64,000 bases of DNA, taken from the NCBI GenBank assembly GCA_963702425.1, contig CAVPCQ010000037.1, positions 288,001 through 352,000 of the forward strand, given 5' to 3'. This DNA is from an uncultured Acidobacteriota bacterium (GTDB lineage Bacteria > Acidobacteriota > Polarisedimenticolia > J045). A program made the position numbers and the translations under genes. The stretch's first letter is position 1, and each line of letters opens with the position of its first letter. This document shows positions 8,709 to 16,866 of the stretch, in pieces. The notes under the pieces are model-generated. The model made no database searches, had not been told where the DNA came from, and saw only the letters and a list, made by a program, of their open reading frames with translations.

Positions 8709-10140
8709 ATCGCATGTAGCCGAGGCCCTTCAGCGCCTCGACGTCCGCCGGATCGAGTTCGGTCCCGATCCAGTCCGCTGCGCGCGGCTGCAGCTTCACG
8801 TTCCGCCGGACCCCTTCGACCGCCAGTCGCATCTCGGCGACCCGGGCCGGTTCGTCCGGGGCGAGGTTCACCCGCTCGCCGGGATCCTGGTCGAGACGGA
8901 ACAGCTTCGGGGCGGAGCCGTCATCGATCAGCTTGTACCCGTCCGCGACCAGCGCCCATTCTCCCTTCCGCTCGGAGTAGGCAAAACGCGCCCCGCTGCC
9001 GTCGAAGCGGTTTTCGCCGGCGAGTTCGGACGGGACCCGCTGGCCGGCGAAGGCGAGCAGCGAGGGGAACAGGTCGATGGCGCGCGAGAGGAACTCGGCC
9101 TGCCGCGGCAGCGCTGCGGGTCGGGCGCCGCGCGGGAACTTGACGATCAACGGCACGCGGATCACCTCCTCCCACAGTGCGTGGCCGTGGGCGTAGCCCG
9201 CGTGATCGTAGAGCTCCTCGCCATGGTCCGCGGTCAGGATCAGCAGCATGTTGTCGTAGACCTTCAGCTCCTTCAGCCCTTCGATCAGCCGGGCCACGAA
9301 CTTCTCGTCGACCCGCCGGGTCGTCGCGTCGTACAACAGGTTGAGGAACTTCACGTCGTCGGGCTCGAGATGCAACTTCCCCTCGAGGATCTGTTTCTTC
9401 ATCTCGGCCGTCTGGAAACTCACGCCCGCGGCGATCCGCGCCGGCTCGTCGTAGGCGAAGCCGTGCCGCTCCATGTACGCCCGATCGCGACTGTTCGGCG
9501 GGAACGGGTGGTGCGTGCCCGCGAGGTGCACGTAGCCGAAGAACGGGGCCTCGGCCCGGCCGACGATCTCGAGCACCTTGTCCACCCGCTTGCCCTCGCT
9601 GGTGACCTCGTGCGGGCCGAGGTACTCGTCGAACCCTTGGGCGAAACCGTACTCCCGCAGCAGGTGAAGGCTCTTCGTCACTGCGAAGGTGGTGAAGCCG
9701 AGGCCGTGCAGCCGCTCGGCCATCGTCTCCAGTCCGTCGTCGAGCACCTGCGTCGTGAAGAACCGCTCTTGGCCCCCCGCGGTCGGCTCGTGGCCCTCCA
9801 TCACCCCGTGCTGGAAGGCGAACAGCCCGGTGAACAGGCTGGCCGTGGAGGTCTTGGTCCAGGCCCCCTGCGCGTAGTGGTGGCGGAACAGCACCGCGTC
9901 GGGATCGGCCGCCAGCCGGTCGATGGTCGGGCTGGTTTCGAGCGGATAGCCGTAGCAGCCGAGCCGGTCGGCGCGCAGCGCGTCCACCACGACGATCAGC
10001 ACGCTCGGCCGCGCGGCCGTGGCGGCCGGCGCCGCGGCGGGACGGGATCGGCCGCAGGACAGGGCAGCGGCGAGCAGCAAGCAGGCACCGGTGCAGGCGG
10101 CGACGCGGCCGAGCGATCGAGACTTGAGCGAGTGCGGCAC
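8707..10140 (-). CDS. Sulfatase-like / alkaline phosphatase superfamily lipoprotein
   Basis: Lipobox ALSC; VLIVVVDALRADRLGCYGY, WTKTSTASLFTG, THHPF, LTADHGEE, HGHALWEE, DPGERVNL, LKGLGY. Confidence 0.88.
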   Translation of the reverse strand: MPHSLKSRSLGRVAACTGACLLLAAALSCGRSRPAAAPAATAARPSVLIVVVDALRADRLGCYGYPLETSPTIDRLAADPDAVLFRHHYAQGAWTKTSTASLFTGLFAFQHGVMEGHEPTAGGQERFFTTQVLDDGLETMAERLHGLGFTTFAVTKSLHLLREYGFAQGFDEYLGPHEVTSEGKRVDKVLEIVGRAEAPFFGYVHLAGTHHPFPPNSRDRAYMERHGFAYDEPARIAAGVSFQTAEMKKQILEGKLHLEPDDVKFLNLLYDATTRRVDEKFVARLIEGLKELKVYDNMLLILTADHGEELYDHAGYAHGHALWEEVIRVPLIVKFPRGARPAALPRQAEFLSRAIDLFPSLLAFAGQRVPSELAGENRFDGSGARFAYSERKGEWALVADGYKLIDDGSAPKLFRLDQDPGERVNLAPDEPARVAEMRLAVEGVRRNVKLQPRAADWIGTELDPADVEALKGLGYMR

Positions 10141-10170
10141 CGTGCGGGTCCTCGTGCCCGCGCCCGAGGC

Positions 10171-10210
10171 GGGGCGGGGCGGGGCGGGGCGGGGCGGGGC
10201 GGGGCGGGGC
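10171..10210. repeat. Perfect (GGGGC)8 tandem repeat, G-quadruplex capable
   Basis: Read directly; lies between the sulfatase start (10140) and a -10-like TACGAT on the minus strand (10216-10221). Confidence 0.95.
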
Positions 10211-10373
10211 GGCGGATCGTAGCACGTCGAGGATCCGCGGCCGGGCTGCGCCCCCGTGCGGTCGTGCTGCCGCGCGGGTACGCGCCGGGTCGCTCCCGGC
10301 CCCTCTGGCGCGGCCCCCCCGCCGGGCCGATATACTCCTGCGCTCCAGGACGTTCGCGAAAGGACTGCCGCGC

Positions 10374-11509
10374 GTGAGTTCGCCCGATGAGACCCCGAGC
10401 ACCGCGCCGCCCGAGCCCGGGTCCCCGGTACCGGCCGGGGCGCTCGAGGGCTCCCCGGTGCCCGCCGCGATCACCCGGATCTTCAGCGGGATGCAGCCGT
10501 CCGGGGAACTGCACATCGGCAACTGGCTCGGCGCGCTCGCCAACTGGGTTGCGCTGCAGGAGCACCACCCCTGCATCTTCTCGATCGTCGACCTGCACGC
10601 GATCACGCAGGACTACGACCCGGCCGAGATGCCGGTCCGGATCAGGGACATGGCGCTCGGCTGGCTGGCCGCCGGGATCGACCCCGAGCGGTCGATCGTC
10701 TTCGTGCAGAGCGCCGTCCCCGAGCACTCCGAGCTGGCCTGGATCTTCAACACCCTGGTCCCGCTCGGCCTGCTCGAGCGCATGACGCAGTTCAAGGACA
10801 AGGCGAAGAGCCAGCCCGAGAACGTCAATGCCGGCCTCCTGACCTATCCGCTGCTGCAGGCCGCCGACATCGCGATCTACAAGGCCGACGGCGTACCGGT
10901 CGGCGAGGACCAGGTCCAGCACCTCGAGATGGCGCGCGACGCGGTGCGCAAGTTCAACAACCGCTTCGGCGAGGTCTTCCCCGAGCCGCAGCCGATCCTG
11001 TCTCCGGCGCGCAAGGTCCTCGGCCTCGACGGCGAGCGCAAGATGTCGAAGAGCCTCAACAACCAGATCGGCCTCAACGACGCGCCGGAGGTCGTCTGGG
11101 AGAAGCTGGCCCCGGCCAAGACCGACGTGCGCCGCAAGAAGCGCACCGACCCCGGCGTGCCGGAGGACTGCAACATCTTCGCGTACCACGGCTTCTTCTC
11201 CTCTCCCGACCAGCGCGCCTGGGCCGCGGAGGGTTGCCGCACCGCGGGGATCGGCTGCCGCGACTGCAAGCAGGTCCTGGCGAGGAACATCGACGCCGCG
11301 CTGGCGCCGATGCGCGAGCGGCGCGCGGAACTGGAGCGCCACCCGGGCCGGGTGGACGAGGTCCTCGCCGCCGGCGCGGCCGCGCTGCGGCCGATCGCGC
11401 GGGCGACGATGGAAGAAGTGCGCGCGAAGATGGGGCTCGACGCGCGGGTGCGCTACGCGGGGGAGCGCCTGGGGCGGCCGTCGCCGTCGCGGGGGGCAGC
11501 GGCCTATGA
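10374..11509 (+). CDS. trpS: Tryptophan--tRNA ligase; apparent 1-nt frameshift near the 3' end (about 11460)
   Basis: FSGMQPSGELHIGN, YPLLQAADI, VPVGEDQ..HLE, KMSKS. Homology ends about 11440 with no in-frame stop; one extra G in the run at 11459-11463 gives a stop at the ATGA overlap with tyrS. Confidence 0.93.
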
Positions 11510-12741
11510 CCGGCGAGCGCCGCGAGTTCCCCCCGGCCGACGAGCAGCTCGAGGTCCTGCGGCGCGGCCTCGTCGACTTCATCTCCGAGGACGAGCTGAG
11601 GCGGAAGCTCGAGCGCTCGCGCGCCGCGGGGACCCCACTGGCGGTCAAGGTCGGTTTCGACCCCACGGCGCCCGACATCCACCTCGGCCACACCGTCCTG
11701 ATGCGCAAGATGCGGCAGTTCCAGGACCTCGGGCACCAGGTCGTCTACGTCATCGGCGACTTCACGGCCGCGATCGGCGACCCGTCGGGGCGCTCCAGAA
11801 CGCGTCCGCCGCTGACGCGCGAGCAGATCCTGGCCAACGCCGAGACCTACACCCGCCAGGCCTTCATGACGCTCGACCGCGGCCGTGCCGTCACGCGCTT
11901 CAACTCCGAGTGGCTCCTGCCGCTCGGCGCCGACGGGATGGTCAGGCTGGCGGCGAAATACACCGTGGCCCGGATGCTCGAGCGCCGCGACTTCCGCGAG
12001 CGCTTCGACGGCGGCGTGCCGATCCTGGTCCACGAGTTCCTCTACCCGCTGGCCCAGGCCTACGACTCGGTCGCGCTCGCCGCGGACGTCGAGCTCGGCG
12101 GCACCGACCAGCTCTTCAATCTCAACGTCGGGCGCGAGATCATGCCCGACTACGGGCTGGAGCCGCAGGTCATCATGACCGTGCCGCTGCTCGAGGGGAC
12201 CGACGGCTCGGACAAGATGTCGAAGTCACTCGGCAACTATGTCGGAGTGACCGACGCCCCGAACGAGATCTTCGGCAAGGTGATGTCGATCAGCGACACG
12301 CTGATGTGGCGCTGGTACGAGCTGCTGACCGACGAGGGGTCCGAGGGCGCGAAGCGGCTGCGCGGGGCCGTCGAGCGCGGCGAGCGGCACCCGCGCGACG
12401 CGAAGGTCGGCCTGGCGCGGATCCTGGTCGCGCGCTTCCACGGTGACGCGGCGGCCGACGAGGCCGTGACCCACTTCGAGCAGGTCTTCGCGCGCAAGGA
12501 GCTACCGGACGAGATCGCGGTCGTCGCGCTGCCCGCGGGCGACGAGCCGCTGTGGCTGCCCGCGCTGCTCAAGGCGACCGGCCTCGCCGCGTCGACCAGC
12601 GCGGCGCGGCGCCTGATCCAGGGCGGAGGGGTGAAGATCGACGGCGAGAAGATCGCCAGCGACGAGGCTGTGGTGCCCGCCCGCGGCGAGCTGCTGGTGC
12701 AGGTCGGGAAGCGCCACTTCCTCAGGGTGCGATTCGCCTGA
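11506..12741 (+). CDS. tyrS: Tyrosine--tRNA ligase
   Basis: GFDPTAPDIHLGH, YPLAQAYDS, GGTDQLFN, KMSKS; C-terminal S4 domain (ARRLIQGGGVKID..QVGKR). Confidence 0.97.
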   Translation: MTGERREFPPADEQLEVLRRGLVDFISEDELRRKLERSRAAGTPLAVKVGFDPTAPDIHLGHTVLMRKMRQFQDLGHQVVYVIGDFTAAIGDPSGRSRTRPPLTREQILANAETYTRQAFMTLDRGRAVTRFNSEWLLPLGADGMVRLAAKYTVARMLERRDFRERFDGGVPILVHEFLYPLAQAYDSVALAADVELGGTDQLFNLNVGREIMPDYGLEPQVIMTVPLLEGTDGSDKMSKSLGNYVGVTDAPNEIFGKVMSISDTLMWRWYELLTDEGSEGAKRLRGAVERGERHPRDAKVGLARILVARFHGDAAADEAVTHFEQVFARKELPDEIAVVALPAGDEPLWLPALLKATGLAASTSAARRLIQGGGVKIDGEKIASDEAVVPARGELLVQVGKRHFLRVRFA

Positions 12742-12769
12742 AGAGCGGCGCCAGCCGGGGACGGCGAAG

Positions 12770-13375
12770 GTGACTGTCGCAAGAAAACCGCGTGCCGCGC
12801 CGGAGCGGCCGGACGACGCCGCACTCGTGCGCGCCTGCCTCGCCGGCGACGGGCGGGCCTGGGAGGCGCTGATCGGGCGCTACCGCCGGCTCGTCTACTC
12901 GATCCCGGTCGCCTACCGGCTCCCCTCCGACCAGGCCGACGAGGTCTTCCAGCGGGTCTTCGTCAAGCTGCTCGAGCAGCTCGCTCGGCTGCGCCGCGTC
13001 GAGTCGCTGGCCTCGTGGCTGGCGACCGTCGCGCGCCACGAGTGCCAGGCGCTGCGGCGCGAGGGGGCGCGCTTCGCCGAAGACGACGCCGAGACGATCC
13101 TCGACCGGGCCGTGGCGCCGCCTTCGAATCTCGCCGGGGCGCTCGATCAGGTCGAGAGCGAGCACGCCTTGGCGCTGGCGCTCGAGCGGGTCGGGGAGCC
13201 CTGCCGGACCCTGATCGCGGCGCTCTACCTCGAGGATCCCGTCCCGTCCTACGCCGAGACCGCGGCGCGGATCGGCCGCCCGATCGGAGCCCTGGGGCCG
13301 ACCCGCGCGCGTTGCCTCGCCAAGCTCCGGAAGCTGTACGAGCAGGGGGGCGGCCCCCCGGTGGCTTTCGACTGA
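12770..13375 (+). CDS. ECF-type sigma-70 factor
   Basis: 201 aa; region 2 (DAALVRACLAGD..AWEALI..YRRLVY..ADEVFQRVF..SWLATVAR); region 4 HTH (SYAETAARIGRPIGALGPTRARCLAKLR). Confidence 0.92.
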   Translation: MTVARKPRAAPERPDDAALVRACLAGDGRAWEALIGRYRRLVYSIPVAYRLPSDQADEVFQRVFVKLLEQLARLRRVESLASWLATVARHECQALRREGARFAEDDAETILDRAVAPPSNLAGALDQVESEHALALALERVGEPCRTLIAALYLEDPVPSYAETAARIGRPIGALGPTRARCLAKLRKLYEQGGGPPVAFD

Positions 13376-13478
13376 CGGACCGGTATCAGGCGGGGAGTTC
13401 GCCGCTCTGCAGGGTGACGGGTCAGGCAACGGCAAGGGTTGGACGGTCCGGTTGGGCCGTCGGTCGGAGGGGCAGGAG

Positions 13479-13994
13479 ATGACGAGACACTCGCGCGAGG
13501 CCGATCCCGAGCGGCTCGCGGCGCTGATCAAGGGGATCCACCTGGTGGAGCCACCGCCGGGGACCATCCACAAGGCACTGGCGCTCCGCAGCCTGTTGCC
13601 AGCGCCGGGGTCCGGTCCTCTCGAATGGCTGGCGACGCTGCTCTTCGACTCGCTGGCTGCCCCCCTGCCGGCCGGGGTCCGCGGTGCCGCGCTGGCCGAG
13701 CGCCGCCTGCTCTACCGGCTGGACGCCGGCGACGAGGTCCGGCAGCTCGACCTGCTGGTGCGCGGCAAGGCCGGCCGACTCGAAGTGGCCGGGCAGGTCC
13801 TGCCCCCGCTCCCCGGCGCGACCGTCGCCGTCCGTTCGGGCCGCAGCATCCGGCGCCAGGCACTCGGCGAGGCGGGGGACTTCCTCCTCCGCGGCATTCC
13901 GCTGGCCCGCGCAGGCGTCACGCTGGCGCTCGAGGTCGACGGCCGGCCGGCGGTCGAGATCGCGGGGATCGCGCTCTCCGCCGGCAGCGCCTGA
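13479..13994 (+). CDS. Hypothetical soluble protein; candidate anti-sigma / protease substrate with C-terminal beta-sandwich (carboxypeptidase-regulatory-like)
   Basis: GGAGG/AGGAG upstream of the ATG; LLFDS..PAGVRG..RRLLY followed by a beta-rich half (VAGQV..GATVAV..GEAGDFLLRGIP); lies between sigma and CHAT genes; no TM segment. Confidence 0.7.
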   Translation: MTRHSREADPERLAALIKGIHLVEPPPGTIHKALALRSLLPAPGSGPLEWLATLLFDSLAAPLPAGVRGAALAERRLLYRLDAGDEVRQLDLLVRGKAGRLEVAGQVLPPLPGATVAVRSGRSIRRQALGEAGDFLLRGIPLARAGVTLALEVDGRPAVEIAGIALSAGSA

Positions 13995-13995
13995 G

Positions 13996-16840
13996 ATGCT
14001 CCCCGGGCGCCGCGCGTCCCGCCGCCGGTTCGACGCGAGGCGGCTCGCGGCGCTCGAGTCGCGCTTCGCCGATCTCGCGCGGACCGATGCGCGGCGTGCG
14101 GCGGCTGCGGCCCGCGAGCTGGCCCGTTACGCGGCGGCGACCGGCGAGCCGCGCGCGGCCGGGGCGGCCCAGCACGCGGCCGGGGTCCTGGCCCACCTCG
14201 CCGGGCGTCCGGCCGAGGCCCGGCTGCGGCTCACCGCTGCGGCCGCGGTCTATCGTGATGCCCGGCTCTGGACCGATGCCGGCGACATGCAGCGGATCCT
14301 GGTCGACGTCGCGGTGCAGTCGGGGGACGCGATCGGCGCACGGGCCGCGGCCCGATCCGCGCGGGCCTGCTACGCGCGCGCCGGGGACAGCGACCCGCGG
14401 CGGCTCGGTGGGCTGGCGCTGAACCTCGGCAACCTGCAACACCGGCTCGACCGCCACCGCGAGGCGCTGGCACTCTATCGCACCGCGCGCCAGCAGTTCA
14501 CCAGCGCCCGGGACCGGCGGCGGCTGGCGTTCGTCGACTACAACGAGGCCAACATCCTGGCGACGCTCGATCGAACGACTGCCGCCCGGCGCGGGTACGA
14601 GGCCGCCCGCGCCCACTTCGCGAGCGAGCGGCTCGCGGCGCTGACGGCGCAAGCCGACTACGCGCTGGCCGGGATCGACCTGCTGGAAGGGTTGCTCGAT
14701 CCGGCGCTGGCGCGCCTCGACGACGTGCGGGAACGCCAGCTGCAGCTCGGCGATCGACCGGGGGCCGCCGCCAGCGATCTCGACGCGGCCGAGGCGTTGC
14801 TGCGGCTGAATCGGCCCGAGGAGGCCGAAGCGCGCGCGCGACGCGCGGCGGACGCCTTCCGCCGCCAGGCGCGTCGCGGGGCCGACCTCGCGCAGGCGCT
14901 CGGCGCGCGCGGTGGGGCGGCGCTGCAGCTCGGCCGGCCACGCGCCGCAGCGCGGCTCTTCGCGCGCGGGAGCGCGCTGTACGAAGCCGAAGGCAACCGC
15001 GTCGGGGCGGCGCTCCTGGCGACCGGCGAGGCCCAGGCGCTGACCCGCGCCGCCGGCCGCGGGCCGGAGTGGCGGGCGGCGGCGGCGCGCGCGCGCGCCG
15101 CCGGGACGCTGCTGGAGCGCAGGGGGATGATCGCGCGGGCGGCGCGGGCGTACGCCGTCGCAGCGGCCGCCGAGCGGGATGCCGGTCGCGCCGCGCCGGC
15201 CCGAGCACTGGCGGAGCGCGCGCTGCGCCTCGCCCGCCGCCGGCGCGACCCGCGCGTCGAGCTGGCAGCGCGGACGGTCCTGGCCTCGCTGGCGGACCGG
15301 GACGGGCGGCTCGGCGAGGCCTTCCGCGAGCTGGCAGCCGCCGAGCGCTGCATCGTCCGGATGCGCGCCGGGCTCTCCTCGGAAGAGAGCCGCCTCGCCT
15401 TCGCGCTCGACAAGGGCTCGGTCTACGAGGCGATCCTCGCCAACCGGCTGCAGCGCGGCGGTGCGCGCGCGGTGCGGCAGGCGCTGCACTACGCCGAGCG
15501 CGGGAAGGCGCGCGCGCTGGCCGAAGAGATCGCGCGTGGGCCGCGCGGCGGATCGCCCCCGCGCCGCGCGGAAGCGCGCCGGCTCGCGGCGCGGCTGGAG
15601 CAGCTGGAGCGCGAGCTCGCGGTGGCCGAGGCGCGGCTCGAATCCGGCGACGCGCCGGCCGGAGTGCGCGCCCAGGCTGGCGCACGGCTCGGCCGGCTCG
15701 TCACCGAACGGGCCCACGCCCTGGCCCAGCTCGCCGCACGGGATCCGCTGGCGGCGCTGCTGCACGGCGGAGCGGTGCCCGGGCCGGCCGAGGCGATGGC
15801 GGCGCTGCGGCCCGAGGAGGTCGTGCTCGAGTACGCGGTCTCCGAAGGGCGCTATCAGCTCTTCGTCGTCGAGCGCGAGCCGGGTCGAGGTGATCCGCGA
15901 TCTGGCACCCGTCGACGAGATCCAGGACCTCGCCGACCGGCTGCGCTTCCAACTGGGGCGGGGGATTCTCGGCGACGACTTCCACGGCGCGCACGAGGCG
16001 GCGATCCATGCCGCCTGCCGGCTCTACCTCGGCCGGCTCCACGCCGCGCTGCTGGGTCCGCTCGGCGATCGGTTCCACGGGCGCGCGCTGCGGATCGTGC
16101 CGCACGGCGCGCTCCACGGGCTGCCGTTCCACGCCTTCGAGTCGGGCGGCGTGCCGCTCGTCGAACGCGGACCGGTCTCGTATGTGCCGAGCCTCGCGGT
16201 GCTGGCGATGCTCGCCCGCGGGCGCCGCGGCGCACCGCGGCCGGCCGCTCCCCTCGTGCTGGGCGTCGCCGACGGCCGCGCCCCCCAGATCGAGTTCGAG
16301 GTCGACGCGGTGGAGCGGCGGCTCGGCGGGGCGCGCGTGCTGCGCGGGGCCGAAGCGACCCGCGCCGCGCTGGCCGGGAGCGGCCACCGCCCGTCGGTGC
16401 TGCACATCGCCTGTCACGGGATGTTCGCGGAGTCCGGGGCCTTCACCGGAGCGCTCCGGCTGGGGGACACCTGGGTTGCATTACCGGACATTTACCGGCT
16501 CCAGGGGACCGCCGAGATCGTCGTCCTCTCGGGGTGCGACACCGGCCGCGGCACGGTACATTCAGGGGACGAGTGGGTCAGCCTGGTACGCGGGTTCTTA
16601 CAGGCCGGGGCTCGAACGGTGGTGGCCGCCATGTGGGACGTGCACGATCTTTCTGCCGTCGGGCTGATGGACGACTTCTACGCGCGACTCGCCGCGGGAG
16701 AGCCGGTCGGTCCGGCGCTCGCCGCCGCCCAGCGCGCCGCCCGGCGGCGCGACGCGTCGCCGCTGCGCTGGGCCCCCTTCATGGTGGCCGGAGATCCCTG
16801 GACGCGGTTGCCCGCCGCGGACCGACAGGCGGTCGCTTGA
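13996..16840 (+). CDS. TPR + CHAT (caspase-HetF-associated) protease; 1-nt frameshift at about 15880
   Basis: TPR-like helices (LALNLGNL..EALALY; VDYNEANIL) and AERGKARAL in the 13684 frame; the CHAT domain follows in the 15179 frame: IVPHGALHGLPF, SYVPS, LHIACHG (His), VVLSGCDTG (Cys), FLQAGARTVVAAMWDV, WAPFMVAG. Confidence 0.9.
16481..16562 (+). promoter_or_regulatory. Candidate internal promoter/operator in the CHAT gene: TTACCGG direct repeat (11-bp period) and -10-like TACATT
   Basis: TTACCGG at 16481 and 16492; TACATT at 16557; local cluster of A/T-ending codons atypical for this genome. Confidence 0.3.
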
Positions 16841-16866
16841 ACGGCCGCACGGAAGGCAGCCCCCCC

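Noticed and set aside
10374-12446. 690-aa TrpRS with a novel C-terminal domain
   Set aside because: The extension is tyrS read out of frame, caused by the probable indel near 11460.
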